Shown here piece after piece: positions 1-13,807 of a stretch of DNA of 64,000 bases. Source of the stretch: Hydrolagus colliei (taxonomy: Eukaryota); contig CM068742.1 in assembly GCA_035084275.1 (NCBI GenBank), positions 143,592,001 to 143,656,000 of the forward strand, given 5' to 3'. How positions within the stretch are numbered: position 1 is the first letter of the stretch; each line of letters opens with the position of its first letter. A model generated the notes under the pieces. The model worked only from the letters and a program-made list of their open reading frames with translations. It did not search any database and was not told the DNA's origin. The translations under genes and the position numbers were made by a program.

Positions 1-85
1 ATTCACTTTACAGTATATTCTGTGAATCGATTTGAGACATCTAGAGGACGTGAAAAGCATTATATCAAATGCAAGGATTATTATT
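1..85 (+). mobile_element. 3' tail of tRNA-derived SINE family A (cut by window edge)
   Basis: ATTCACTTTACAGTATATTCTGTGAA...ATATCAAATGCAAGGATTATTATT, same tail as the full copy at 38333-38660. Confidence 0.85.
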
Positions 86-935
86 GTTACACATGTACAG
101 CACACACAAAGTGTTGAGAGCAACGCTTCTTGTATACAGCACACAGGAAGTGACATTGGTGGCACCCCAAAGATGCCAGAAGTAGTTTCTGAGATTTTGG
201 GTCTAGACAAATGTGTTATAACAGCATTGCCCCGCAACTTGCAATCATAAATTGGTTCACAAAGCAACACTCTTTTTCTCCAACCGATCTCATAAAACGT
301 ACAAAACAACACCATGATCTTCAGAAACTATCTCCAATCTGCTTTACTGCATCCCTATCCTGTGTGCAGAATTTTCCTCATGCCAGTGATAGCTGCCAAC
401 ACTCGTCATCTTCCAAATGCGGGACAAATGGCTGGCGACACTATCACAACCAAGTTTAGAGCTAAATACTTCAATTCGCTCTGCAGTGCAGCGCACACCA
501 GGTTGTCCTGCACAAAACACAGCTGTGCTACCTTTCAGTTGCAGAAGGCTATACTAAAGTGAAGTTTTGTTGATAAGAAGGCAAAAGCATGAAGGTTGCT
601 TGCACAACAACCAGCAACCTTCAGAGTATCAATACTCTGTTGCCTGATAATATCTCTTGTGCATTTTGTACCTGGTAGCCATATGCAAATCCAATGCCAT
701 CTGAACAGCAGCAAACTGGCACTGCACTTCCCTTTGTTTTCTGTTGTACACTGCGCAGCCCAGTTATAACACACTTCCCTAGAGTGGGAGTTTGCTTACA
801 ACACGGTTTCCCCTGTGTACTTCCTGCTTTATGGAGGTGTTTGTGCAGAAAACAGAAATTGTCGATGTTAGCATTGGGGAGCACTTTTTCAATCACGATG
901 GCACTGTATTTTTGGTCAACTAGATGTACGGCATG

Positions 936-955
936 CACACACACACACACACACA
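936..955. repeat. (CA)n microsatellite
   Basis: direct reading; similar CA/TG tracts at ~2675-2694 and ~3102-3118. Confidence 0.9.
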
Positions 956-3180
956 AATTGCCACACTTAAGAGAGCCCTAACCAACCTTTGGAGAGATCC
1001 ACATATGCATCCAAATTTCCATTTCTTGGGAATGGCATAATCTTTCCCCTGAGGGATGCATCCTGCTTACTTAATCCTGGCAAATTAAGGAGCAGATTGG
1101 CCAAGGCTTGAGTACCCTTGAGTGCTTCATAGAAGTTTTAAATTAAGTTTTGTAACTGTATTTTGTCGGTAAAAGTTTAGGCAAATTTGCACACAGCAGT
1201 GTTTCACAAAAAATATGAAATGACTGACAGAAATTTATTATGCAATATAATTTACATTTATATAGTGTCTCACTTAGAGAAGAAATCTCAAAATGATTAG
1301 CAGTGCAGGCTGGGCACACAAAAGTTGGGGGCAGGAGCCGAGGAGGGGAAAGATGACTGAAAGCGCGTTCAAAGATTATTTATTTATTGTTATGGATGAT
1401 TATTTATTCCCTATATGTTTGGGAGATTTTTGACCAGGGGAAGCTCCCTTCTCATTTAAAATAACGTCAGAAGATCTTTAACGTTCATCTGAATCTGAAA
1501 GGGACAGCCCCTCTGACGATGTAGAGCTCCCGCAGGACTGGATATAAAAGAGCATTTATTGCACAAATTGAATGTACAGCCCATGAACATCGGAGTTAAA
1601 CAACATTGGGAGCTTAAATGCTTCTGGACTGTGTATTCAGAAGACGTATTCAAAAGTACTCAATATCAGGATCTCCTTAGTGATATGGCTAACACTGCAG
1701 ATGTGTTTGGCCAAATGCTTATTGTAGGATTTTACACAAGTGTTCTTTCCATTCCATGTTTATAAACAATGGGATTCCCCCATATAAACATGCAAGAGAA
1801 AGACTGATCAGCACATGCAGATCCTACAAATAACAAAATCCCTTCCCGTTGACAACATTTATGTCCTTGGAGAACATATTCTGAAAGATAGGTGCTCTGT
1901 GTCACCTGCCAGCGAGCACGCTGAGTAACAACCTTTCTGACGTCTGTCCCTCTCATTACTAATACAAGCAGTCACACTAGCCTGACCGCTGCTGTGCTAT
2001 AACGAGGAATGAGTTGCGTGAGAACTTGAAATCTGACTGTAAAATGCAGCTTGACTATTTGATCCTCGAGGAATCACTGCAATTAACCAACTGTCTATCT
2101 GTGATTCCTGTCCAACTCCCCAAAGATATTTATTTATTGTATCTTGTGAATTGAGCTCTGAGCAGTTATTTCTCAAGCGAGATGGTTTATTAAGAGGCCT
2201 TATGAATTGCGATAAGCAGCTGGTTAGCATGCCTTTAGTTGCTACCTGCTGTGATTTTTCAAACATCTGAACCATTGTTCAATTCATTTACATAGACTAA
2301 TAAATTCAGAATTTAAAAAACATACACCGCAGATTGTTCGACTGGGTTAATTACAACACGTTCTCCCTGTGCAGCCAAATTGAAAGCAGCCAAATGCTCA
2401 AAGCATCATCAGCAAATTTGTTTTAAAAAATTAATAACATTAGTGACCGCAGTCTCGTCTGCAGCAAAACACTGATCTGGTCCCTAGGGAATAGATCACA
2501 TTCTGTGTCCTTGTTTCCTTTCCGCCAATGATTGGGCATTGACATCAGACAACAAAACCTCATAAACAGAGGGTGCAACATTACAAATCAATTTTTTTAA
2601 AAAAAAGTTGCTTGATTTTTTAATCAAAAAATGTTTGCTGTAACCTTGAAACTCCTCTGGGATACTTCATGTCAACACACACACACACACACACAAACTG
2701 TTCCCTTGAAACATTGCTTTGGGTGCAATAAAACACAAAGAAATGAATGCAAAAAAGTAACTGCTCTATAAAAATCTCATATTCACGCTGAAGTCGCACT
2801 GCTATTTGAAAGGTTATTGGCAGCCAGGAGAATACTGTGTTTAACATTAGATAACAAATACTGCAGGTCTGACCTCTCTCTTTCTCTCTGTGACATAAAG
2901 ATAGATAACTCTACGTGAAGTCAGTCAACATGAAGAGTAAACTGCACTTCTCAGTTCAGCCGTAGCTGCTTCCAATGTTTCCTTCTCCCCTGAGGCAACA
3001 TTGTGAGGCACCACAAGCCTGGGATGCAGCTGTAAGGATCGGGAATTGATTTGGAAACACCCAGCAATGGCGGCAGAGCCCTAAACTGAGTGCAAGGAAT
3101 ATGTGTGTGTGTGTGTGTATAAGAGAGGAGGGAACTAGACAGTGAAATAGAAACCAGGTGATTAGGCCTAAGCCACTCAC

Positions 3181-3197
3181 CTTGGGCTTGTCTTCAT
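3181..3197 (-). other. candidate exon 3' end with consensus splice donor (possible short first exon MKTSP, phase 2)
   Basis: minus strand ATG AAG ACA AGC CCA AG|GTGAGT, a consensus donor in repeat-poor sequence; no homology recognised. Confidence 0.25.
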
Positions 3198-4992
3198 AAA
3201 GTAAACATACAAGAAAGAGCCAGTGGCTGTTCCTGCAAATCAGTGGAGCTCTGATCTGATGAAATCACACTGAGAACCTGATAAAGGAGATTTATTACAA
3301 ACGCAGGGCAGTCATCTTCCAACCGTCTCATTATTCCTGAATACGACAAGCTGCTGCAGCACTCTGGTTTCCCTGCTCCTCCTTCCCTCCCCCACCACCA
3401 CCACCCCTTAACTCTCGCACTTAGCATGCAGTACATGTCAGGATTGCTGTAATAGGGCCAATAAAAATGCCTGCACGCTCGCAGGGGTCACAGCAATGCA
3501 GCTGTGTGCTTGTTCAGTCTATCTGCTTTACACTGCTAATGCACTGAATTATCCCAGCTCTCCCTCCGATCTCTGAGCCACGCAAAGAAAATATTAAAAA
3601 CTAACATCCCCAATCTTAGAGCAGATGCCCTCTGACACCACAAGGCTCATTTGAATAGATTGCCTCATTAATGAACTAACTCCCGATAAAGTAGAGAAGC
3701 TGTTTCCCCCTTAAATTGCCTTATGTTCTTCATAAATCTGAATGACTATATATAGGGATTTGGATAAAAGCAGGGAACACATGGTTGTTTGCACAAAACC
3801 TGCTAGAACAGGAGGGCTGGATGTCACCAAGGGTGGGGCAAGTCACCCTCCTTACCTAGACCCTCCTGATCCGCCACCCTGCTCGGGTGCAAATCCTCCC
3901 GATTTGAAAGGCTCAATACAAATGTAACTTGGTCGTGTTGTCATAACAAAGCACACAAGTGTGATTGTGTGTCTTCCATTTTAAAATGATGGGAATTCAT
4001 TGGGTTACATATTAAGACATCAATCAGTTTCATTTTCACCTCAGTGGCCTACGCCTGTTTTTATTGGATACATACCCGGCCAGCCCAGTTTGGGAGCCTC
4101 ACTAGGTGGTAACAAGTACAAGGAACTCCCTGCGAGCTTCCTGGTGAGCAGCACAACCCAGCATTAAATACACAGGGGCATTGTCACCATCCTCACACCC
4201 ACAGCTCAGATGCCCTACCCATTGAGCAACAATTCCACCAGTTGAAAGTATAGTGCTTGAGAAGCAATTGCTTATTGCTCTGTACACCAACCAACATAGA
4301 TCCGAAGACCTGGATATATATATGAATGTATGTCCGTACAGACCACAGACAATGGCCTCCAGATGTTGACTGCAAAACCTTGCAGTTTCCCCATCAGTTA
4401 TTCGACACTCATCTGCCTATAGCGTGGTGAAAGTACCTATGTAGGACAGCATGTTATGTGCCCGCTGGTGTCTGAGATTCTTACTAACCCCAGGCCACTA
4501 ACAGTTTCACAAATTACATTCAGATTAGTCAAAGAGAGCTGACATCTTAAGTGTCCTAAATTTATTTTCTGAGACACTTCAGACATTCATATAATTATAG
4601 GTAATCTGGGTACATTATTTTCAGCTCCCGGTGGAGCCTTGAAAGATGGCTCAGTAGTCTTATTTGAGGGCAGGAATTCTTCCCACTTGACTCCTGTTTA
4701 CTCTTCAACCCAACGCACTCAGGCACGAGTGGTCCTAGCTGGACAAGCAGCAGGAAGCTAACAGTGACAGCTGTCAATGGCAAAACATGCGTTTTTAGCT
4801 GGTTAAACTCCAACACATTCTGAGGTCCCAAAGCTTTGGCTCTCGTAAAATCATGCCTATTACTTTATAGAATCAGGTAAGCAGGATGAATACCTCCAGG
4901 GAGTGAATCTGCACTCCATTCCAGACATAGGAAAATGTTCCTGCGTAGGCAACATGCATATGTGACACATAGAACACTAAGGATGTGTGTGT

Positions 4993-5410
4993 CAGCCTGT
5001 CTTAGTTGGTAGCACTTTCACCTCCGAGTCAAAAGCTTGTGGATTCAAGCCACACTTCAGGACTTGTCCTCACATAGTCTACGTTGATGCTCCAGTGCAA
5101 TGCTGGTGGTGTGACGCATTGTCGGAGGTGCTCTCCTTCAGATGAGACGTTAAACTGAGGTCTCATCTGCCTGTTCAGGTGGATATTAAACATACCATGA
5201 TATTGCCTCAAATGTGAAAGAAGCTTCTCCACCTGGTGTCTCAGCCAACAATTCCTCAAATAAAAATGATCATTTGTTTCATGGTTATTTGTGCAACATT
5301 GCTTTGTGCAATTAGGCTACACATATACAGTCAAGCAACTTCACAGTAAATTCGCTTTAGGACATCCTCTCGACAGAGAAAAGACGCTATGCCAAATGCA
5401 AGGATTACTG
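4993..5410 (+). mobile_element. old Deu-domain tRNA-SINE (family B), near full length
   Basis: tRNA-like head (CTTAGTTGGTAGCAC...GGATTCAAGCC), Deu-like core GTCGGAGGTGCTCTCCTTCAGATGAGACGTTAAACTGAGGTC, L2-type tail. Confidence 0.8.
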
Positions 5411-5798
5411 TTAAGATTATTACTCTCAAGTCTGGTGTGCATACCCTTAAGCATGGTGATTCGTTTCCGCATGGCTGAGGCAATTTTTATTTCCTGAACT
5501 ATGAAAATAAACTTTTATTGATGTGATTTAGGGCAGAGCGTTTGTGGCACCAAATATCCAACTATGGTTTTGAAAGATGGCATTGAGGCCATAATTGATT
5601 CATGAAATATAAAAATAAGGATCAGATTGCATGCGGTTGCTGATGGTGTAATTCGGTCCCAGTGCACTCTCTACATTGTGAAAACTCACTTCAACAGTAC
5701 CAAGATACAGCAAACACCAAATACGTACATCGTATGGTCCCAATTTACAACCCAAATAAATTGTATACAAACATTCTATCCCAATAAAACAGTCTCTG

Positions 5799-6165
5799 CA
5801 ACAACAACAAAATTACATTTGTACAGCGCCTTTCATGTCAGAACGACTTCCCAGATGCTGGAGAGTCAGTGTTTTGGACCTGAGCTGGGGTCAGAATCGG
5901 AGAGGGTGGAGGGAAGGGTAGTGGGGTGACCGATGGTACAGTTGAACAGGAGGGTCTTGAGGGGGTTCTTGAAGGAGGCTACGGAGGGGGTGAGATGGAG
6001 GGATTTGGGGATGGAATTCCAAAGGTTGGAGGCCTTTGAAGGCTTGCCCGCCGATGGTGGGGTGGGTGGGCCGGGGGACTTGGAGCAGGCTGGAGCTCGC
6101 TGAGCAGAAGGTACTGCAATCAAAGCGGCTAAAGGTGGTCCGTCGGACCCTCCAATACGATCATT
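5799..6165 (-). mobile_element. L2 LINE 3' fragment
   Basis: (TTG)n tail and terminal stem-loop; minus-strand translation LWNSIP..L....S...FK..LKT.LF typical of the L2 ORF2 C-terminus. Confidence 0.85.
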
Positions 6166-8127
6166 GTACGGAATGCTTCCAAACACATTTACATGGGCTT
6201 TGCTGCCACTGTATCAGAATGAAAATTAACTGGCTTTCAGACTTAGTGTAAGGGAGAGTAAAGTTTGGTCGCTGTACCTGCAGGAGTGGGTTACTTTTCT
6301 CAGGAATGCCAGTGAAGGTGAGGGTGGGGACACGCTCTGGCAATCATCAAGCCTTGCACACATATGGCTTTTCAGGCCAGTGAGCATGGAGTGGGGCAGG
6401 CATGACCTAATTGTGTGGGGTTCGCACTGTTTTTGACAGCCCAACAGTGACTCCCAATTAAAAATAGAATGAAGCCGTGAAAGGATATAATTAGATCCAT
6501 TTTCTCTCTCTGGCAAGATTACGGGAAAACACAAACCGCACGGAAGAGGCGGGCACTCTAAACTCGAACCGCCTGTCAAACGTTTGTTGCCAGTGGCATT
6601 TGTGGTAAATGACCTTTGAAAAACGAGCCTGGAGCAATAACCTTTTAATGTTTAACTTCTCAAAGGTGGAGTGTAAAATGAAGGCTGAATGGAAAGCGTA
6701 GTGTCATGCCTTGGTATAGATTTCAGGCTTGTTTGAGTACCTTGAGTGCAATCATCTATAAATGAAGAACTTCCAATTAATTTGATATGAGTGGAATTTT
6801 TGAAATAGGAAAGGGGCAATGTTGGAAACAAAGGGTATAGTTGTAACATGATGGGTGGTGGGGACATAAAATCCTAACCAGTGTTATAATGTGTTATTAT
6901 TATTAGTATAAGGTCGAGCAGTCACTGGTCAGAGCTTCTGCATTCACTGTCCATACATTGCAGAAAGTTGACTGGTTTCCCAGCAAGATAGAGTTCGATG
7001 CCATAATATACGATAATAATAGCAGCCATGGAAGGGAAGCTCATTAGTTTCTGATGCAAGCAAACATTTCAAACAAAAATAAACAACAATTTGCATTTAT
7101 ACTGAGCCCCTCACACCTCATAGCGTCCCAGATGCTTATCAACAAAAATAAAGACAACAGACTCTGAGACCCTATCCTGCGTGAAGGGCACTCTTATAAA
7201 TGCAAGTTGTTATTATGATGTTATTTAAATGACTGGCCTGGAGAGGATATATGATTTTCCATTTTTTAAAACATGTAGATTATTTACTTTGAAAAATATG
7301 GTCCTGTCCACCTGACTCCATTCACCTCTATTGTCCTACAACCTATGGGCACTCGTACCTTCCCATTATTTTATGAACCGTTTAATAAATAACTCCTGAA
7401 GAATGCATCTTGAGTGTTGGCAACATTCTCCCTCCACCCACAAACACCTACCTCATAGAGAAACAGGTCAACCTGGTATACATGGCAGTTTTACAACAAT
7501 CCTGTTTTGAACCTTAATAAAGCTGAAAGGTTAGCTTCATTCAAGTCAATTAAGCAATGCAAAGCATGCGGAAAAACATTCAGTTACTAACTTCATAAAG
7601 TATTGTTTTGGTAAAACGGTAATGATGATTTCTCCACCTCCCTCTCCCAAAACCTTTACAATAGCAGAAAAAAGCAGCAGCTTGCATCTTACTAACAGCA
7701 TGTGGCAGTTATAATATAGAAATGAGCTCTAATAACTAAACACGATTCACTTCAAATAAAACTGCAAGGAAATCCAAAGCTTTGGTGAATATTAAACATG
7801 ATACTGTAGAAGATTTATTACAATACTGGATGTTAAACTCTGTGTATCCCACACATTAGATTAATGTTTCTGCAGGACTAAGAATGTTCCAACTGCTTAA
7901 AAGACTATGGCTGAGTATTGTGCCAAGGGAAGGAGAAAGATGTTGGGTCTCCTTGGGACAGAACAGTGTTTGAAGTAACTTGGTGTTTGAATTTCAGAAT
8001 TAAGTGTGATATTGATAAGGTAAACAAGAGAGAAACTACATACGCTCATCTGTCAGTCGATAATTACAGAGTAGAAATTGAACATTTAACAGACTGGTAA
8101 CAAAACCAAAAGGGGATGTAGGGAGCT

Positions 8128-8690
8128 ATATAGAGTTAAAAGACACAGAAACAAGCCATTTGGACTAACTGTTGGTGTTTATACTCCACAGAAGCCCCCA
8201 CCCCTCCTATTCCCCAACTCTATACCCCTTTGTCGCTTTTCTCTCACGTTTGCAGCAATTATCTTAACACAGTTGGCTAATGGAAACTAGATGCTGTGCA
8301 AAACATAAAGAGTGAAGTAGAGTCCATAATAGCTTCTAAAAGGGAATTAGACAAATATTTGAAAAAGATAATTATGAAAGATTATGGGAACCGAAGACAA
8401 CAACAATAACATTACATTTGTATAGTGCCTTCCACTATACAAGGGAGGACATCCCAAGGCGCTGGACAGTCAATGTTTCAGACCTGAGCTGAATTCGGGA
8501 TTGGAGAGGGTAGCGGGAAAGGAGGGGATTTGGGGTGACCGATGGGACGGTTGAAGAGGATGGTCTTGAGGCATTGTTGTGAAACGCTCTGAGACGCCGT
8601 CCGGCATGGAGGGCAGTATATAAATCGAAGTTGTTGTTGTTGTTGTTGAAGGAGGCCAAAGAGGGGGCAAACACTTTTATGCTGTATGAT
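8128..8690. mobile_element. cluster: CR1 3' fragments (~8128-8260 minus, ~8300-8395 plus), L2 tail (~8398-8690 minus) with a nested second-family L2 tail (~8578-8648 plus)
   Basis: CR1-like AAAAGGGAATTAGACAAATATTTG; L2 tail CAACAATAACATTACATTTGTATAGTGCC; inserted ACGCTCTGAGACGCCGTCCGGCATGGAGGGC...(TTG)n. Confidence 0.7.
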
Positions 8691-9807
8691 TTTGATAGGA
8701 TATTCTCCATATTCTCGCTTAGGAAATAAAACAAGTAATAAAATTGTGCTTCAAAGGCTTTAAAGGGTGATTCAATGGACCATTGGTCTTCTCCAGTCTA
8801 AAAACTTACTACAGCTCAAGGTTACTATGAAGGGTAATGACTGATATCAAAAAGCTAGCTTAAGACTTCTGCCCATCCAGAGAACAGATGCCAAGATCAA
8901 TAACTTTTGAATAAAATAGATCAAGCTGTTTAAATCAATTGAGAATCAATAATTGGGAGCTTCACATGCCAAAAGCTAGCTAAGCAATTGTGCAAATTAC
9001 ATATTTTGTGGGATTCATTAAAACCTAACATGTGGCAGAGTCAAGCATGTAGAGATACAACAGCACCAACTCGCATTTATATTGTGTGCAATTGGCTGCC
9101 GCATTTCGCCCACATATATAGTCAATTCACTTTACAGTATATTCTGTGAAGCACTTTGAGACGTCCAGAAGATTTGAAAAGCGCTATATCAATACAAGGA
9201 TTATTATATACATTCACGTATGTTAACATCTCAGACTGCTTTAGAAAGATAGGGTCAGACACCAAACAGAGGAAAGGGAAAGGTGGGGGAAGAGGGTCAC
9301 ATTTCAAATGCAGTTGAAGAGGTGGGTTTAAGGTAAGGCATCATGACAGATAGAGATGGGGTGAAAAGGGAGGGGTGATAAAAGGAGGGAGTTTCTGAAG
9401 CTAGGGACCTAAGTCTGAACGCGGAGATGCAGAAAAGTGGGGCAGGAGAAGATCATTACTGATTACAGTCTTCTTTGTGACGTGAAAGGCGCTATACAAG
9501 AATAATTTTGTTTTGTTGTTGGACAGCTAGGAAACAAACCTGTGGGTTTTAATTCAAACTAAAAGTTTACTTTGAAAAACATTAAGAGCAAAAATGATGG
9601 AGCCTCACAGTTTACCAATACAAAGCACTGGCATGTTTTCCGCAATATATCGCGCTTGGTTGAGGACACGATTGTACATCCAAGTCTCACAAATGGGCCA
9701 GAGCAAACAAGCTGGGTGGCCTCGGGGTAGAATGGGGTTTTCCTTGTATGAGGGAAAGATGATAGGTTCGAAGTTGTTCCAAGCAATATTTGGCAAGAAA
9801 TTGCGAG

Positions 9808-10212
9808 TCCTGGCCAGGCTTCACTTGCTCCCTATTGAGGAATAGATTGATTTCAAGATCGTGACACTAACATACAAATCATTTCATGTCATTCATGTGC
9901 TGCTTCCACCCATTCCTCTACCCATTAACTTTGGTCAGCTGGTTCTAGCCTTTTGCACATCACTCATTCCCTCCACTCCACCATTGGCAACCGTGCTTTC
10001 AGCCACTACGCCCTGAGACTCTGGAACTCTCGGTCTCAATCCTTTGCCTCCTTCTTGTCCATCTTCAGATTACACATGAAGACCTTCCCCTTTGACCGTG
10101 TCTATCGTCAACTTTCCTCTCTCTCTGGCTCAGCATTAAGCTTTACCACTGTTAAGCGCTCTGAAATGCTACCCTGAGTCGAAGGCACTATATAAATGCA
10201 AATTGTTGATGT
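9808..10212 (+). mobile_element. decayed L2 LINE 3' fragment
   Basis: translates LARLHLLPIEE*IDFKIVTLTYKSFH and STIGNRAFSHYALRLWNS; ends in an L2 tail. Confidence 0.85.
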
Positions 10213-11411
10213 GTTTTATTCATGTTTCATGGCAACAACAACAGCATGCATTATCCTTCAAGTAGAATAACATCTCAGAGTGTTTCACAGTGGTGGAGTT
10301 GGAGAGCGAACAAGAGAGAGGGGGGAACGGGGGGGCACCCATAGGCATATTTGAATAGGAATGTTTTAAAGATTGGTAGAGAGAGATATAGGTATTTCCA
10401 GAGGTTTGGGGCATCACAATTGGCTCGGCCACCGATGGTAATGTGGAGGGCACATGTGGAAGATTAATGGCAGAATGTTGAACTTCGTGTTCATGAACGC
10501 ACTTAAGGAATTTGCTTACAAAACAAAGTCCTGCTCATGAAGCAGAGAAACAGGGGTTTTCTGTCCAATCTCAGGCCACTGCAATGTCTGCACAAATGCA
10601 GTGTGGTGGAAAATCTCAACGTTCCTGTGATGGATGGCACCGCGAATCACCTCATTCACAGAGGATGTCACGGTGAGGTACAAGTTCAGGTCCCCAGGTG
10701 GCATAGTATAAAACTATGCAGTGTAGCCCAGGGGTGAGATCAGTAGCAGTTGAGACAGCTGACTTGGAACAAACACCAAGCAGCAAGTTCCAAGTACTCA
10801 TTCTGAATGAAATTCCAGATCCCGGCTTTCACAAATAAAGTAGGAAGCTCTCTTAAGATAACAGCAACAACAACTTGAGTTTATACAGCATCCCAGAGCA
10901 ATCTCCCAGAGGATAGTGAGATAACAGCAATGCTATTAAACCCAGACAAAAGACGTTTACTATTGCAAACTGTGGGTTACTCATGCACACACACAGACAC
11001 ATAGACACCACACATGAATGGTTTCCCTAGGTCACCATCACATTACAATACAATTTGCATTTATAAAATGCCTTTCGTGTTGGGAGGACATCTCAAAGCG
11101 CTTTACACAGCTGGCAGGGTGCTATATCCTCCAATGACTGGAGCAAGGTCTAAATATATTTGGTAGATGGATATCCTCTCTTAATCTCTTAATCCAATAT
11201 TAACGGATTAAGAGGCAGTTTTTTTTGCTGGCTTCATTTAATTTTTCCTTGTTTGCCTTGTCTCCTTTTAAGCACTTTCCACGAACGGGAACTATGTTTT
11301 TGTTTATTCACAGACAGATCATAGGAACAGTGCTTACTTTGTTTCTACGTGAAAGTGTGCTGCTCAAATGCGAATGACTGTAACCACTTAATAATACTAG
11401 CATTTGATATA

Positions 11412-11830
11412 TAGGTAAGCCTCGATTTACGACGCTTCTATTTAGGACATTTCGATTGAAGGACCATAATTTTTTTTAACACCTTTTGATTGATATACGA
11501 TACTTGGATTTGTTTTAAGGACCAACATTTTTTTTGCGCATGCACAGTACATATTTTGAATATCGCTGTTGCATTTCGCGCGTCCTTTTTGTCCATATGC
11601 GCAGTCCATAGTGTATTCGTGGGTAAATCCAAGCATTTAAACTGGCCAATAGCATGTCGTCACGTCATTGTTGAAATGCCAGCTGATTTTGAAGCGACAC
11701 CACGCCATGTCAGTATTACAGTAATTTCCGAACATTCCCGAGCGACTTCAAGCAATTTACAGCCTCTTGCGCGGCAGCCAATTACGCGCAGCAGTCCCCA
11801 CAAACAGTTGTGAATTGAAGTGAACAATTT
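11412..11830 (+). mobile_element. probable Tigger/pogo-like DNA transposon left end inserted at a TA in a family-A SINE
   Basis: TA-TAGGTAAGCCTCGATTTACGAC start resembles Tigger-type TIRs; CpG-rich interior; SINE tail on the left (~11388-11411) and SINE head on the right; right TIR not found. Confidence 0.5.
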
Positions 11831-11839
11831 ATTATTCTT

Positions 11840-12020
11840 ACTTTTTTAAGGGATTATTACCCTTGGGAAAGCGATCCACCAATCAACAAAAAACTGGGTA
11901 CCTAGTTACTGATAGGTAAACGGAGGTGTGTGGAATAAGGAAACATGCCCGACATTTGGTATGAAACTTAGGTATCTCGCTTGTGAGGTGAGTGGTCTAA
12001 CCATTGAAGCTACAATACTC
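11840..12020 (-). mobile_element. SINE family A (long variant), 5' half
   Basis: reverse complement gives tRNA head GGAGTATTGTAGCTTCAATGGTTAGACCACTCACC plus the GTTTACCTATCAGTAACTAGGTACCCAG segment. Confidence 0.75.
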
Positions 12021-13221
12021 CACTTAAGAGATCTTTGCGGCATGCAACTTGCATTTATATAGCACCCTTCATGTGGGGCAGTGACCTGGAGAGCTTTATG
12101 CAACACCCTACTGTTCAGACTAATGTGAACGATGAATAGGTATAAATGAGGAAATTGAAGTAATAATTCACATCAAAAAGGACAACATAATAAGACTCAA
12201 ACTGAAGTTCCATTACATTCAATTTGCAACTGAAAAAGACAATTTTACAGATTACATGAGCTGTTCTATTCAATCTACATTTTGGGGTTAAAATATAGCA
12301 TTGCCAGAACCGTAAATTGCCGCAATAATTGCGATCTCCAGGTTAGTCCTGTCAAATTGTGTGATTTACTAACAAAATTTACTAAATAAAGGGAAAAAAA
12401 GGTTTTGCAGCCAGTATTTTCTTTCCGTTGGGACTTTCTTCAGCTGAGAAGACGCCCGAGATCAAACCCTTGAGACTTTTGGTTTCAAATTAGACTTTTG
12501 GTTTCTGACACTGCAGCGCTGGCTGAACTGGAGCATCAATAGAATTGATAAAAGTAAGTCTCCTCAAATCCAGACACAACACGACAGACACAGCCCACAT
12601 CAGAAGACATTACTTTTTGCTCATTACAAAATGTCTTCCCCAAGTATCGCTCAATGCACCCATTGAAGTTCTGTGTCAGAGCGAAAATAAGTCATCAAAA
12701 GCTTAAGATTACCACACAGCAACCAAACAAAATACTTCACAGCGATCCAAGCACCAATAAGGTTGGCTACGGATTTGAGAATGGAGGCAGAGAAGCTCTG
12801 AAAATGAAGAGTGGTTAAACCAAGAGATTACCTTCAAACAAGACCAAACTTCACCAAGCGAACTGAGAGAAACACTGTGCGCACTAATTTCAGTACTTAA
12901 CACTAATTAAGATAAACCGCACAGTGCAGCCTGTGAACATTGATTAAAGCAGCCATTTCCGCTGTAAGAAATGACTCAAAGCTGAATGTTGCCCATAACA
13001 CTTTATGCCAGGAAGTGTTTGTCCAGACAGAGTGTGTGCATTGCATTCCAACAACCTGTCTCTGGAATGTCCATATGCAGGTGAGAAGCATGGAATTTGT
13101 AATTTGGTTTGGGTAATCTTAAACGTGGTTATGGTGTCAAGACATTCGGCTGACTAAAAAAATTCTGGCTGACTAAAAATTTTTTAGTGTACTGTATATA
13201 GTTATCAAGGTTGCAAGCGAG

Positions 13222-13521
13222 GCACCCCGATGGTGTAATGGATAGAGCTGCAACTCATGGAACAGGAACTCCCTGGTTCAAATTCCCAGTTGTGCTGAAA
13301 TTGCTGGTCTGAGCTGAAGCCTTATGAGGAAGATAAAATGTCCCCACAAGCATTTTTCCTGGTTCTGGTCCCTCTGTATTTGTAGTGTGTAAGTATGTCT
13401 GTATGGAGCATGAAGACAGGTCAAGCTTGGCTATGATACCCACCACTGTTGAATATCCTGCTGATTTGAGCAGTGACCGAATGGGTGGGTTAGCATAGCA
13501 GCTGTGGAATGCACCCCAGCA
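13222..13521 (+). mobile_element. LF-SINE-like element
   Basis: tRNA-like head with GGTTCAAATTCC; ATGAAGACAGGTCAAGCTTGGCTATGATACCCACCACTGTTGAATATCCTGCTGA and GTGGAATGCACCCCAGCA match the LF-SINE consensus as I recall it. Confidence 0.65.
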
Positions 13522-13807
13522 ACAACAACAACTTGTATTTATATGGCACCCTTCATCTGGGGCAGTGTCACAGAGTATTTTAAGGGGATGCTGGGGAATA
13601 ATGTCAATGAGGAGAAAATTGGAAAATATTTAGGCAAATGTGAAGAATCAAAAGTTTGCATGCTTAAATATTCACTGTGAATAAATCGTTGCGAACATCT
13701 CAGTGATTTCCAACTGTAACGGTGGATCTGAACTTTCATCAGGCAAAAAGGAATCTGCCAACCACAAACACTGGCATCTGTATGCAGCTAACTACAATTT
13801 TATAACA

